From: a virus | IMG/VR virus record: IMGVR_UViG_3300023174_003623 | Location: 64,001-128,000 of that record | Strand: one strand, 5' to 3' | Length of the DNA: 64,000 nucleotides | Shown: one piece after another, positions 1 to 11,398 of the stretch | How the letters are laid out: the number at the start of each line of letters is the position of its first letter | How positions within the stretch are numbered: position 1 is the first letter of the stretch | The notes under the pieces: generated by a model | What the model saw: only the letters and a program-made list of their open reading frames with translations | The model's database searches: none | Told to the model about the DNA's origin: nothing | Translations under genes and position numbers: made by a program

Positions 1-2
1 AT

Positions 3-677
3 CTAACTGGTCAGACTACATCATTTAGTAGTTCATTAGGTGCTGGTGATTACATTTACCTACAAACAAATAATGATCAATCGCAATTATTACAAGTCAA
101 AAGTGTAACAAATTCTTCTCATTTAGAGGTAAATTCTTTTCCAGCATTCACTTCTAATGGTGTTGCAATTTCTGCTGCGAATGTGCATGCTCGTGGAAAT
201 GTATTAGATAAAGCTTCAGGATATATTCAAGTTACAAATGTAGTTGGTTTTTTCACACAAGCAAATATTGTATATGGATTATCTTCTCAATCATCAGGAA
301 ACGTTACTGCCATTTCCTTCAATGGAGTTTCTAAAACTGGTACAACTGTAAATCAATTATTTTATTATGGGGTGTCATCTGTTTCTGGCATTTTCCAAGA
401 AGATGAAACAGTATATGCCAGTGGCGCTACTGCTACTTATCATTCTGGTAATAGCTCATCAATATTTGTGACTAGTCAAAATGGAATTTTTTATCCGGGA
501 AATACAGTCACAGGGGCTTGTAGTTTTGCAACTGCTGTATTATCTTCAGGTAGTTCATATAAATATGAAGGTGATTTTATTAGGGGGTCTGGAGACGTAA
601 TCTATATTGAAAATATAGAACCCATTTCTCGTTCTAATACCCAATCGGAAACTATAAAACTTATAGTGGAGTTTTAG
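3..677 (+). CDS. g8: Baseplate wedge protein gp8-like, C-terminal part (5' truncated by window)
   Basis: Frame is open from position 3. C-terminus GDVIYIENIEPISRSNTQSETIKLIVEF matches the typical gp8 ending, and it precedes the VrlC-like gene. Confidence 0.75.
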   Translation, partial: LTGQTTSFSSSLGAGDYIYLQTNNDQSQLLQVKSVTNSSHLEVNSFPAFTSNGVAISAANVHARGNVLDKASGYIQVTNVVGFFTQANIVYGLSSQSSGNVTAISFNGVSKTGTTVNQLFYYGVSSVSGIFQEDETVYASGATATYHSGNSSSIFVTSQNGIFYPGNTVTGACSFATAVLSSGSSYKYEGDFIRGSGDVIYIENIEPISRSNTQSETIKLIVEF

Positions 678-681
678 CTAA

Positions 682-3600
682 ATGCCTATTAATACAGATT
701 TAAACGTATCTCCTTATTTTGATGATTATAATGAGAATGATGATTATTATAAGATTTTATTTAAACCGGGAGTTGCGGTTCAAGTTCGTGAGCTAAATCA
801 GCTTCAGACAATTTTACAAAAGCAAATTGAGCGGTTTGGTGATAATATCTATAAAAGAGGTACTATCATTGATGGTTGTAATTTTGTTTTTCATAATCCA
901 TTACCTTATGTTAAAATTAATGATCTCGAAACTGATGGTACTCCAGTAAACATTTCTGCATTTAAAGGTTATCTAGTTAAGAACTCAGCAAATCTTGTTG
1001 CTCAAGTTTTAGAAACCTCAACAGGATTTGAGGCAACTTATCCTGATTTAAATACTATTTTTGTTAAATATTTAAATCATGGTATTTCTGGAAATAAAAC
1101 CAATTTTTCCGCAGATGATATTCTGACTGTTTATGATCCAGCCTTAGCTATTTCTGATGTTGATGTTAATGTAAAGTCTTCTGGATTTAGCAATACCGAT
1201 ACTCCAGTATTTTTAAGTGCAATTGCAGTACAAAATAGTATTGGTGGGCAGTCTTTTGTCAATGCAACGGGGCAAGCTTGTACTTTTATTGTTGGTGAAG
1301 TACTTACACAAGATGTAACTGGAGCAAGAGCAGAAATCAGACAAGTTAATGCAACAGCAAATGTTGATAACTTAATTCTTAAAATTAGACCTTTAGCATC
1401 TGAACTTCGCATAGGAAATACTGATTCTTGGTCCTTTTTTGAAGGGTATTCATTTACTTCATCTTCTTCAAAGATCACAGCAAATTTAACATCAATAATT
1501 GGTTCTGGAGCTAAAGGAAGTATTATTACTGATGTTAATGGTGGCGTAACTTCTTTTATAGTTACATCTGGTGGCCGAGGTTATTATGTTGAGCCATACG
1601 CAACAGTTAAATATAATCTTGCAAATACAAGCTCATCTGCTAATGCTTTAATTGATGCTCTTAATATCACATCCAAAAATTATGCTGCAAAGATAACGGT
1701 AAACAGTGCTGCCGACGCTATTGGTAGTGGGTATGGTTTCAGTGTTTCTGATGGTATCATTTACCAAAAAGGTTATTTTTCAAGAGTAAGTGAAAATTTT
1801 GTAGTAGTGGAAAAATATTCCACCTCGACTAATAATGTCGTTGGGTTTGATACAATAGAAGATATAGATGATTATACTAATAACCCTAGATTATATGATA
1901 ATGCTACTGGCACATTTAATGTTAATGCACCGGGAGCAAATCGTCTTAAATTAACTCCAGTGCTTACTGTTCTTACAAAAGAAGAAGCTGAAGCTAATGA
2001 TACTTTCTTTTCAATTGTAGAATTTAGTGAAGGTAAACCGTTTAAACAAAATAAAACTACACAATTCAATACCATTAATAAACAGTTGGCAAGAAGAACT
2101 GCTGAAGAAAGTGGTGATTACGTTATTGATCAGTTTCTTGTAACAACTACAGGACAAGAAACATTTGCAGATGAAGCTTCTCAGTTTGAAGTTGCAATTG
2201 ATCCGGGTTTAGCATATATCGATGGATATCGAGTAGAGACAAATAGTTCTTATTATAAAGATATTCGTAAAGGTACAACTACTGAAGTTATTTCAAATAC
2301 TGCCATTTCTATAAATTATGGAAATTATATTCAGGTAAAAGAACTTGGTGGTTTGTTTAAATTTTCAGTAGGAGCTACCATTTCTTTAAGAAATACTGCT
2401 GCAACTTATTTGACAAGTTCATCTGGAACTTCTCAGTTTGCTACTCCTAGTGCAGTTGGTAATGAAATTGGCACAGCTAGAATTCGTTCATTATTACTAG
2501 TAAATGGAGTGGCGGGAGAACCATCAGCCACCTATTATATGTATTTGTTCGATATTAGAATGAATACTGGAAAAAACTTTAAAGATACAAGAAGTGTTTT
2601 TTATGATGGAACTGGTACGAATGATGGTGTTGCTGATATAATCTTAAATGGTACAGAAGCTACAATTTATGATCCTAAAAATAGTTCTTTATTGTATTAT
2701 TCTGGCGCAACATCTCTTAAAAACGCAAATAATCTCTCATACACATATAGAACAGTAGATGACACTATAAGCTGCGCTACTAGTGGACAAATGTCGGTTT
2801 CTGTTGCAGCTAATCCCGGAGAATTTTTTCCTTATAATAGCACACTATCAGATACACAAAAACTCTCAATTATTGTTGTTCCATTGGCTACTGCTATTTG
2901 TGTTAATGCTGTTGGGGGTATTAGTGTTACAACATTGGCTAATACTACTGTTACAGGAACATCTACAGTATTTAATAGTGTGTTTCAAGTTGGCGATTAT
3001 GTAAGAATTGCTAATTCTACTGCCGCAGAAATTAAACGAATTACTGCAATTGCTAATGCTACATCAATGACTGTTAATGGCACTATTGCAAATGCTTATT
3101 CTTCAGGAAACGTATCATTAATATTTCCAAAATATGCACCAATTCCTTTATATTTGAGAAATAATAGAACTGTAACTGTAAGTGCTAATACCACATTAGT
3201 AATTAATCTTGGTAATACAATTGCGTCTGCTGTAAATGTTGCAGTTTCATATAATGCACAAAGAAATGTAAATGCAGTTTCTAAAACTATAACTCGCAAA
3301 GCTTATGTGCAAATTAATACTGCAACAAATATTGCCAACAATAAAGGTCCATGGTGTTTAGGTGTACCCGATATTGTTAGATTAAGAAATGTATATTTGG
3401 GTAATAGTATTGCAGTTACAACAAGTGATACAGTTGTTACATCAAATTTCTGGATAGATCATAATCAAAAGAAAGATTATTATGATGTTGGGTTTTTATA
3501 TAAAAAACCAGAATATCCCGTATCTTCTAGTGTATTTTTACTTGCGGAATTTGATGTATTAAATGTCACTCAACAAGGATTAAAAACGATAGCATCATAT

Positions 3601-5265
3601 CCAATTGATGATAGTGTATTATTAGCTAATAGTGCAACATCTATCAATACTGTTGAAATTCCTGAAATGTATAATGATAACGACGAATATTTTGATTTAA
3701 GAGATTATTTTGATTTCAGACCATATTCATCAAATACAGCTACGATCACCACAACAGCAGCTAGTGCAACACTCAATCCAATTGAACCAACGCAAGCTAA
3801 TAGATTTGATACTACTTATGATAAAAAATTTCCAGCACCCCAATCAGATTGCGTTACAACTTTAGAAAAATACTTAGGACGAACTGACGCTATTGTAATT
3901 TCTTCTAATGGAGATTTTAGAATTATAGAAGGAACATCTTCAAATAAACCTAAACTTCCTGATATTCCAAGCGATGGATTATTAATTAACTATTTGGTTA
4001 TTCCACCATATCCATCTTTACCTAAAAACAACAGTGCAAATACTAATCAGTTTTTAGATAAAAAAATAGCAAATATCAAACTAACTAATAAACGACAAAC
4101 TGATTACAAAGTTTCAGTTCCTATTGATGAACAGGGATTGGCATTTTCTCAACCAAAACGTTATACTATGAAAGAGATTGGTTCTCTTGAAAGACGTATT
4201 TCTGATTTAGAATATTATACATCATTGAGTGCTACTGAAGATACAATAAATAATTTAGAATTGACTAGTTCTTCAGATAATACAAATAGATATAAGTTTG
4301 GATTCTTTGTAGATAATTTTACTACTGTTAATTTTGCAGAAATTAATGACCCAACATATAATGCACAAATTTATGGGTATGAATTACATCCTGCAAAGAA
4401 ACAAATACAAATTAAATATACTGCAAATCTTAATGATACGGGAACCGTTACTTGTTTAAATGGTGAGAAAATTATTCTTCCTTCAACAAGAAAACGTTTG
4501 ATTGGTCAATCGATTGCAACGGAATCCACTACAATAGATGTAGCAGTAACATCAACATTATATACCACTACTGGTACTCAAATACAATCTCAGACTACTC
4601 AAGTAAAACAAATTACTACTACTGATTATGAATTATTATCTGGAACTACTCAAGTATCATCAACAAAAACTGTTGCCGATACAAAAGGTAGTATAGGTAG
4701 TGTGCCGGCAGGACGCACTTGGTCTAGAAAATTTGAAGTTGGAAAATTAGCCGGTAGAATATTTGCACAAGGTGACTGTCAGCAAAATAAAGGAAACTTG
4801 CCTTATTTACAAAGATATGTAAACGGCACTTGGACGACTATTGCTAGCGGTTATTTTGGAGGAGAAGCACCATCTACTGTTGGAACAAATGGTAATAGAC
4901 ATTGGGCCTTATCTTATAATTATACACCTAATTCTTCTGCAACTGATAGACAATTTAGAGTTGTATTGGATAACAATTCTGGCACAGCCGATTTAGATAA
5001 TAGTTATTATCCTAGATCTAAAGATGTGACTACTATTAGCAATGCCACAACATATAAAGTAAATGCTGATACTAGTACTGAAACAAAAACTGAAATTATA
5101 CCAAATTCGACAATAGTTGAAAATACAACATATATAATTCAACCATTGTTTAATTCTAAATTAACTGGATTAATGACTATAGATAATTTATTTAATTCTC
5201 CATCTTCATTAAATTCTCCATTTATTGACCTTGCTTCAACAATTAGAAATGATATAAATTCGTAA
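682..5265 (+). CDS. Large virion structural protein, DUF4815/VrlC-like N-terminal part
   Basis: N-terminus LNVSPYFDDY..ILFKPG.AVQVRELNQLQTILQKQIERFG, plus APGANRLK, DYFDFRP, RYTMKEIGSLERRI..LEYYTSLS and KFGFFVDNF motifs. Located after g8. Confidence 0.8.
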   Translation: MPINTDLNVSPYFDDYNENDDYYKILFKPGVAVQVRELNQLQTILQKQIERFGDNIYKRGTIIDGCNFVFHNPLPYVKINDLETDGTPVNISAFKGYLVKNSANLVAQVLETSTGFEATYPDLNTIFVKYLNHGISGNKTNFSADDILTVYDPALAISDVDVNVKSSGFSNTDTPVFLSAIAVQNSIGGQSFVNATGQACTFIVGEVLTQDVTGARAEIRQVNATANVDNLILKIRPLASELRIGNTDSWSFFEGYSFTSSSSKITANLTSIIGSGAKGSIITDVNGGVTSFIVTSGGRGYYVEPYATVKYNLANTSSSANALIDALNITSKNYAAKITVNSAADAIGSGYGFSVSDGIIYQKGYFSRVSENFVVVEKYSTSTNNVVGFDTIEDIDDYTNNPRLYDNATGTFNVNAPGANRLKLTPVLTVLTKEEAEANDTFFSIVEFSEGKPFKQNKTTQFNTINKQLARRTAEESGDYVIDQFLVTTTGQETFADEASQFEVAIDPGLAYIDGYRVETNSSYYKDIRKGTTTEVISNTAISINYGNYIQVKELGGLFKFSVGATISLRNTAATYLTSSSGTSQFATPSAVGNEIGTARIRSLLLVNGVAGEPSATYYMYLFDIRMNTGKNFKDTRSVFYDGTGTNDGVADIILNGTEATIYDPKNSSLLYYSGATSLKNANNLSYTYRTVDDTISCATSGQMSVSVAANPGEFFPYNSTLSDTQKLSIIVVPLATAICVNAVGGISVTTLANTTVTGTSTVFNSVFQVGDYVRIANSTAAEIKRITAIANATSMTVNGTIANAYSSGNVSLIFPKYAPIPLYLRNNRTVTVSANTTLVINLGNTIASAVNVAVSYNAQRNVNAVSKTITRKAYVQINTATNIANNKGPWCLGVPDIVRLRNVYLGNSIAVTTSDTVVTSNFWIDHNQKKDYYDVGFLYKKPEYPVSSSVFLLAEFDVLNVTQQGLKTIASYPIDDSVLLANSATSINTVEIPEMYNDNDEYFDLRDYFDFRPYSSNTATITTTAASATLNPIEPTQANRFDTTYDKKFPAPQSDCVTTLEKYLGRTDAIVISSNGDFRIIEGTSSNKPKLPDIPSDGLLINYLVIPPYPSLPKNNSANTNQFLDKKIANIKLTNKRQTDYKVSVPIDEQGLAFSQPKRYTMKEIGSLERRISDLEYYTSLSATEDTINNLELTSSSDNTNRYKFGFFVDNFTTVNFAEINDPTYNAQIYGYELHPAKKQIQIKYTANLNDTGTVTCLNGEKIILPSTRKRLIGQSIATESTTIDVAVTSTLYTTTGTQIQSQTTQVKQITTTDYELLSGTTQVSSTKTVADTKGSIGSVPAGRTWSRKFEVGKLAGRIFAQGDCQQNKGNLPYLQRYVNGTWTTIASGYFGGEAPSTVGTNGNRHWALSYNYTPNSSATDRQFRVVLDNNSGTADLDNSYYPRSKDVTTISNATTYKVNADTSTETKTEIIPNSTIVENTTYIIQPLFNSKLTGLMTIDNLFNSPSSLNSPFIDLASTIRNDINS

Positions 5266-5280
5266 AGAGGAAAGAACACT

Positions 5281-8259
5281 ATGGCATCATTTGCTGTAAC
5301 TCCACAAAAAGTAACACAAGACCAGACTAATTTCATTTATCCAATGAATTGTAGTGTTTCTGGATTAAAACCAAATTCTACATATGATTTTTATGTAGAT
5401 GGAAAAAAAAGAAATGATGCAGTAGTACAAGGCACTAGTAAAGTTTATACTGGAACTGGTACAGTTAATGGATTAAAAAGTGATGCTAGCGGGAAATGTT
5501 CTTTTACCTTTTTTCCTATAGTAATAAATGGATTTAATAATGCAAATATTGGTGGTCTTAATTCTCGTAATAATTGGAATACTCCATTACCTAAAAAATT
5601 AGAATTAATTGGGCCTGATGGTAAATCTGCTGCTATTTCTAAACCACCCGCAGTTAGTGCTTCTAATCCAATAGTATATTCAAATAAGCCACCAACTGTC
5701 CCACCAGACAAAGTTACTGAAAAAATTATTTCTAATAATACGATTGAAACTGGAAGAACTGATTTAGGAGTAATTAGACAAACTACTTCATATGGTACGG
5801 GTAATCAAACTCCACTTTCAGAAGTTTCATTATATTTTGACTATATACAATCATTTTATATTGACCCATCATCTGTTGGTGGTAGTCAAACTGTAAGTGT
5901 ATCTGATATAGAATTATTTTTCAAGCAAAAACCTAATGCTAAACACAATCAATCTCAAATATTAAATCCCGGTGTATATTTGTACATCTGTCAAATGAAA
6001 GATGGTCAACCCGATTTATCTAAAATATATGCTGAATCTAAAATAAGATTAGAATATAGTGAAATTTTTCCATCATTAGATGCTAAATCTGAGACTATTT
6101 TTTCTTTTAAATCCCCTTTACTTTTAAAAACAGGTGAATCTTACGGTATTGTAATCAATTTTGAAGATCCTCAATTTTCTTTATGGACAGCAACTCAAGG
6201 TAAAAACTCAATTAATACTGGAAAGATTTGTGGCAGTGCCTATACATCTGGTAAATTATTTAGAGCAAGTAACTATCTAGAAATTGATAATGACCCTAAA
6301 ACCTTTGATCAACTTTTTAAACCATTATCCGATACAGATTTAAAATTTTATGTAAATGTTTTAGAATTTGATACTACAACTAGAACTGTAGAATTAGTCA
6401 ATCAAGATTATGAATTTTTAACTTTTACAAATTTGGTAGCAAACAATGTATTGATGTCGTCATTTTTAATTGGTGAAAATATATATCAAGATTTTGGCAA
6501 CACTAGTGCGAATGTAACCTTTTATAAATCGGGTACATTGAATATTAATGCTGGAGTATTAGGTGCAATTCATAGTCTCGATTCAGTTCAATATAATGTT
6601 TATGGAACTGGTACAAAATTTTTTACAGATGTGGATTATAATGATGCCATAGTTATTACTGATGGTACATTAGGAAATACAGATATTAGAAAAGTATCTA
6701 AAATTATAAGTGATACACAAATAAGATTAGATAAACCAACATCTTTTACAAATTCTGCTGCCAGATATAAAGTTACTGCTGTTGGTACTTTTGAGAATTT
6801 ATTATTAAACCCAAATACTGCCATTTTAAATAATTCAAATGCTAGTGACACAACTCGATTTATTAAAGATGGGGTGAATTATATTACTTTTACTGGTGGT
6901 AGTAATTATGCAAATAGCGATTATATCATATTTACTGGTGGTGTAGTAGAAGGCAGAGCTAATCTAGTTACAAATTCTTCAGGTGGTATTATAAGTATTA
7001 ATATTACAAATACTGGATATGGATTTACAGCTACACCAACAGCTACACTTTATACATCATCTGGAGTATCAGGTGGCACGGGTACATCTGCGGTTCTTAC
7101 AGTTTCTAGTGGTGCTCAATTAAAAGGTGAAATGTCTTTAGTTAAAGCAGAAATTTCCAATGTAACCGTTTTTTCAGTCGATTCGGTTATTCCAGATGTT
7201 CAAGTGCAAGTAAAAGGTTCTTCGTATAAAGAATCTAAAATGAATTTTGCAGTATTAGACACAGTTTCAAATGCATATACAATATCTACATCAAACTATA
7301 TTCCTGTGATTAATGATTCGATTGATATTAAAAATTATGATGCATCTATTCTTTCAAAATCACTTGAAATTGCAAATAAATCAACATTAATTTCCTCTAT
7401 TTCAGAAGGAAAAAGTTCTATTTTAAAATTTGATATTGGAACTTCTAACAAATACGAATCTCCAGAATTACATACCTCATTAGCTTCAATATATGCGTTT
7501 TATAATTCAATTAATAATGATGCGACAAATGAACATACAAATTCTGGTAACGCAACGTCACGCCACATTTCTAAGAAAATTACTTTTGCTAAAAACAGAT
7601 TTGCTGAAGACGTTAGACTCATTACAAACGTATGGAGACCTTCTGGCACCGATGTTAAGTTCTATGCTCGTATTCATAATTCAAAGGACGAGGATGCCTT
7701 TGATGATAAAGATTGGTCAGAACTTGAACTAAAAGATGCTGCATATGGTGGTCGAGTTTATAGTAGTTTAACAGATAGTAAAGATTATGTAGAATTGACA
7801 TATGGATTTCGTTCCTATCCTATAATCGCAACGACTGCATCTGGAATAGCAACTCTTGCTAATTCTAGTATAACAAATACTACTGTGACAGGTGTGGGTA
7901 CATCTTTCAATACAGAAATAGCAAATGGTGATGTTATTGTATTTTATGATCCATTATTTGCAAATACAAATTATGCTGTTGCGGTTGTTGCAAACACTCC
8001 AGTTTCATCTTCTTTTGAAATAAATAAAGCAATAGGTAATGTAAGTTTAGGTACAGCTTCTCTTAAAATTGGAGTAGCTTCTCGTAAAAATAGTGCATTC
8101 AATAATATTCAAAACGAAAATGTTGTACGTTATTATTCGACTAGTCTTACTGAGTTTGATACATACGATACCTTAGCTATTAAAATTGTACCATTATCAA
8201 ATAATTCTAATATTGTTCCGAGAGTAAATGATATAAGTGTTATTGGAGTTTCTGCATGA
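5281..8259 (+). CDS. Virion structural protein, VrlC-like C-terminal part
   Basis: GLKPNS.YDFYVDG, QSF, ELFFKQK, DLKF, RHISKKITF and terminal PRVNDISVIGVS motifs typical of the second half of these proteins. Has its own RBS. Confidence 0.65.
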   Translation: MASFAVTPQKVTQDQTNFIYPMNCSVSGLKPNSTYDFYVDGKKRNDAVVQGTSKVYTGTGTVNGLKSDASGKCSFTFFPIVINGFNNANIGGLNSRNNWNTPLPKKLELIGPDGKSAAISKPPAVSASNPIVYSNKPPTVPPDKVTEKIISNNTIETGRTDLGVIRQTTSYGTGNQTPLSEVSLYFDYIQSFYIDPSSVGGSQTVSVSDIELFFKQKPNAKHNQSQILNPGVYLYICQMKDGQPDLSKIYAESKIRLEYSEIFPSLDAKSETIFSFKSPLLLKTGESYGIVINFEDPQFSLWTATQGKNSINTGKICGSAYTSGKLFRASNYLEIDNDPKTFDQLFKPLSDTDLKFYVNVLEFDTTTRTVELVNQDYEFLTFTNLVANNVLMSSFLIGENIYQDFGNTSANVTFYKSGTLNINAGVLGAIHSLDSVQYNVYGTGTKFFTDVDYNDAIVITDGTLGNTDIRKVSKIISDTQIRLDKPTSFTNSAARYKVTAVGTFENLLLNPNTAILNNSNASDTTRFIKDGVNYITFTGGSNYANSDYIIFTGGVVEGRANLVTNSSGGIISINITNTGYGFTATPTATLYTSSGVSGGTGTSAVLTVSSGAQLKGEMSLVKAEISNVTVFSVDSVIPDVQVQVKGSSYKESKMNFAVLDTVSNAYTISTSNYIPVINDSIDIKNYDASILSKSLEIANKSTLISSISEGKSSILKFDIGTSNKYESPELHTSLASIYAFYNSINNDATNEHTNSGNATSRHISKKITFAKNRFAEDVRLITNVWRPSGTDVKFYARIHNSKDEDAFDDKDWSELELKDAAYGGRVYSSLTDSKDYVELTYGFRSYPIIATTASGIATLANSSITNTTVTGVGTSFNTEIANGDVIVFYDPLFANTNYAVAVVANTPVSSSFEINKAIGNVSLGTASLKIGVASRKNSAFNNIQNENVVRYYSTSLTEFDTYDTLAIKIVPLSNNSNIVPRVNDISVIGVSA

Positions 8260-8471
8260 CACAATATGCTAAAACTAATCATTCTGGGATTCTTCGTGAT
8301 ATATCGACAAATGTTATCATAAATACTAATGATGCAGATTATAATCGAATCTTAGAACAAAGAAAGCAAAATAGACAATCTCAAATGATTCAACAGCAAA
8401 TTGATAGTCTTAGAAATGAATTTGTTGAATTAAAAGAAATGCTTAAACAAGTAATAAATGGAAACAAATAA
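8256..8471 (+). CDS. Small coiled-coil protein following VrlC
   Basis: ATGA overlap; LRD..TN.IINT motif then a coiled coil; conserved position in T4-like phages. Confidence 0.7.
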   Translation: MTQYAKTNHSGILRDISTNVIINTNDADYNRILEQRKQNRQSQMIQQQIDSLRNEFVELKEMLKQVINGNK

Positions 8472-11389
8472 TGGCGAGAACAGTAGCAAATCTTGATGTA
8501 TCCGTAGATACTTTTCAGAATTGGGTAAACAAAACTAATCAACTTGCGTATTCTCTTTCAACTGAAATAATTACTGGAAATTCTACTGTAGGGATTACTG
8601 GTACAACTCTAGAGCCTAGATATGCTCAGCTTGTAGGAAGATTTGGTGCAAATAGTATTGTTGCTACTGATGAACTTCGCGGTGGAAATGTATCTGGTTA
8701 TGCTCTTCTTACTATTACATCTAATACTACATTCAGTGGTAATTCTTCAGCAAATGCATCTTATGTAAATGCTCAAGCTAATGTGTATGTTAATAATGCG
8801 GTATTTCAAGTTAATAGTCAAGCAGTAACTATTACTGGTAATACAAATATTAAAGGAAATACTTCAGTAACTGCTATTACGGTTACAGGTAATTCTACCG
8901 TATCAAATACGATCATTACCGGTACAGATCTTTTTATTACTACGGTCAATACTTCTGTTAATAGTAGATCTATTTTTACTGGCAACACATATATTAAAGC
9001 AAACTCTACTGTTACCAATATTACGGTTCAAGGTAACGGCACTACAGCAAATACAATTCTTGCTGGTAATCTTACACAGATTACTTCTAATTTAGATGTA
9101 ACTGGTACGGTCCATACGATTGCGGGTAATGTAAATTTTGATAGTGCTACTCTATTTGTAAATAGTGTTGACAATCGTGTAGGTATTTCAAATTCCACAC
9201 CTGACGCTACATTTGTAGTTACAGGAACAGCAAATGTTTCTGGTGCATCACGATTTGCAAATACATTAAATGTAGTGGGTGCAGTCACATTATCAAATAC
9301 ATTAAGTGTTACTAATACTACATCTTTATCAAACACATTAACTGTGACAGGTGCAGTCACATTATCAAATACATTAATTGTTACTGGTAATGTCACATTA
9401 TCAAATACATTATCTATTGTTGGAAATGTTGCTTTAGCAAATACTCTAAGTGTCACAGGAAATGTTATTTTAGCGAATACTCTAAGTGTTACTGGTGCTG
9501 CTAATCTAATGTTTACTTTAGGCATAAGTGGTGCAGCTAATGCATTAAGTACGTTCGGTGTCACTGGTGCAGCTAACGCTTTGAGTACGTTCGGTGTCAC
9601 TGGTGCAGCTAACGCTTTGAGTACGTTCGGTGTCACTGGTGCAGCTAACGCTTTGAGTACGTTCGGTGTCACTGGTGCAGCTAACGCTTTGAGTGCGTTT
9701 GGTGTGAATGGATTACTTACAGCAGCAGGGAATATAAATGTAACTGGGGTTGCTAATGTATCCTCTAATTTGAATGTTGGTGTTTTTGGAACCACAAATG
9801 GTGTCAATATACAAAATACTGCAATTATTGTAGGTAACTCAACAGCCAACGCAACACATGCGTTTAATCTTGTACAAGTAGCTAACAGCACATTTATTGC
9901 TAATTTGACTTCATCTACATTAACGATTGGAACAACGACAGTAAATGGATCTCATATTAATGCGATCAATCTTACAGTTGGTTCTAACTTCATAGCTAAC
10001 TCTACTGCTATTGTTGGAACTGGATTTGCTAATGTAACCACCAGTGTTAACTCTTCTTTGTTAACGGTTGGTACTAACTTTATAGCGAATACTACCGGGG
10101 CTTATCATACTGGTACCGTCAATGCTGCTAGTCACACTGTTGGATCTAACTTTATAGCAAATACTACTGGAGTTTATCATACTGGTACTGTTAATGCAGC
10201 TAGTTATACAGTAGGTGTATTATTTACAGCTAACAGTACATTAGTCAACGCTGTGGCACTCAATATTGTTAATCAAGTTAATACCGCAACAATTTATGTG
10301 ACTACTAGTGCAAATGTTGGTAGTGCATTCTTAGCTAACACGACTGGTGCTTATCATACTGGCACGATGAACGCAGTTAGTCACACTGTTGGTTCTAACT
10401 TCATAGCTAACTCTACTGCTATTGTTGGAACTGGATTTGCTAACGTTACTACTAGTGTCAACTCTGCGCTACTAACGGTTGGTACTAATTTTATAGCGAA
10501 TACTACCGGGGCTTATCATACTGGTACCGTCAATGCAGCTAATGTTACGGTAGGATCTAACTTTATAGCAAATACTACTGGAGTTTATCATACTGGTACT
10601 GTTAACGCTGCTAGTCACACTGTTGGATCTAACTTTATAGCAAATACTACTGGAGTTTATCATACTGGTACTGTTAACGCTGCTAGTCACACTGTTGGAT
10701 TAATTGGTATATCAAATGGTAGCACTATTAATGCTACAGCAATTATTATCGGTAATACTACATCAAATGCAGTTATTTCTGGTAATTTAGTATCTGTATC
10801 GAATACTGCTAACTTAACTTCTATTGCTTTAACTATTGGCACGACGACTGTAAATGCAGGGCATATTAATGTTGGCACATTAATTGTAACTGGATCAGGT
10901 AACGTTGGAAGCACATTCGCTATAGGTGGTGCAGCTAACGCTTTAAGTACTCTAGGTGTTAGAGGTGCTACCACTCTTGCTAATACGCTAACGGTTACTG
11001 GTAATGCGACTTTTGTTAATACTGTATCAATAACCGGTACCACAGTATTTAATGCAGATTACAGTATTCAAGTAACTGCTAATGGAAATCTTGGTGCAAC
11101 AGTTGGTTCTCCATTGCTAGTGTATTCTTTTGATAAGACAGAGTATTCTTCAGCAAAAATTTCAGCACAAATGAAAAATAGCACTTCTTCTATTACACAA
11201 ATTAACGAAATTGTGCTTGCTCATGATACAACAACTCCATATATAACAGTATATGCCACAGTTGTTTCGCCCGCTGGTGGTAACAATGGTGTATACTCTG
11301 TGGTTATAAATAATGCAAATGTTGAATTAAAATTCACGCAGTCTGCTGCAAGTTCTAACGCTAGAATCATAGCTCATCTAATAAAGTAG
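8471..11389 (+). CDS. Tail fibre-like protein with tandem peptide repeats
   Basis: N-terminal DTF..W..KTN motif, NRVGI.N.TP fibre motif, and 12-aa and 24-aa repeats; T/N/G/V/A-rich. Confidence 0.75.
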   Translation: MARTVANLDVSVDTFQNWVNKTNQLAYSLSTEIITGNSTVGITGTTLEPRYAQLVGRFGANSIVATDELRGGNVSGYALLTITSNTTFSGNSSANASYVNAQANVYVNNAVFQVNSQAVTITGNTNIKGNTSVTAITVTGNSTVSNTIITGTDLFITTVNTSVNSRSIFTGNTYIKANSTVTNITVQGNGTTANTILAGNLTQITSNLDVTGTVHTIAGNVNFDSATLFVNSVDNRVGISNSTPDATFVVTGTANVSGASRFANTLNVVGAVTLSNTLSVTNTTSLSNTLTVTGAVTLSNTLIVTGNVTLSNTLSIVGNVALANTLSVTGNVILANTLSVTGAANLMFTLGISGAANALSTFGVTGAANALSTFGVTGAANALSTFGVTGAANALSTFGVTGAANALSAFGVNGLLTAAGNINVTGVANVSSNLNVGVFGTTNGVNIQNTAIIVGNSTANATHAFNLVQVANSTFIANLTSSTLTIGTTTVNGSHINAINLTVGSNFIANSTAIVGTGFANVTTSVNSSLLTVGTNFIANTTGAYHTGTVNAASHTVGSNFIANTTGVYHTGTVNAASYTVGVLFTANSTLVNAVALNIVNQVNTATIYVTTSANVGSAFLANTTGAYHTGTMNAVSHTVGSNFIANSTAIVGTGFANVTTSVNSALLTVGTNFIANTTGAYHTGTVNAANVTVGSNFIANTTGVYHTGTVNAASHTVGSNFIANTTGVYHTGTVNAASHTVGLIGISNGSTINATAIIIGNTTSNAVISGNLVSVSNTANLTSIALTIGTTTVNAGHINVGTLIVTGSGNVGSTFAIGGAANALSTLGVRGATTLANTLTVTGNATFVNTVSITGTTVFNADYSIQVTANGNLGATVGSPLLVYSFDKTEYSSAKISAQMKNSTSSITQINEIVLAHDTTTPYITVYATVVSPAGGNNGVYSVVINNANVELKFTQSAASSNARIIAHLIK
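9530..9709 (+). repeat. 36-nt tandem repeat, about 5 copies (GAANALSTFGVT)
   Basis: Unit ggtgcagctaacgctttgagtacgttcggtgtcact; the central copies are identical. Confidence 0.95.
9975..10700 (+). repeat. 24-aa repeats (NFIANTTG[AV]YHTGTVNAASHTVGS) nested in a larger duplication
   Basis: Recurrent tatcatactggtac.gt.aa.gc blocks; the segment TVGSNFIANSTAIVGTGFANVTTSVNS occurs twice. Confidence 0.9.
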
Positions 11390-11398
11390 TGGTACTAA

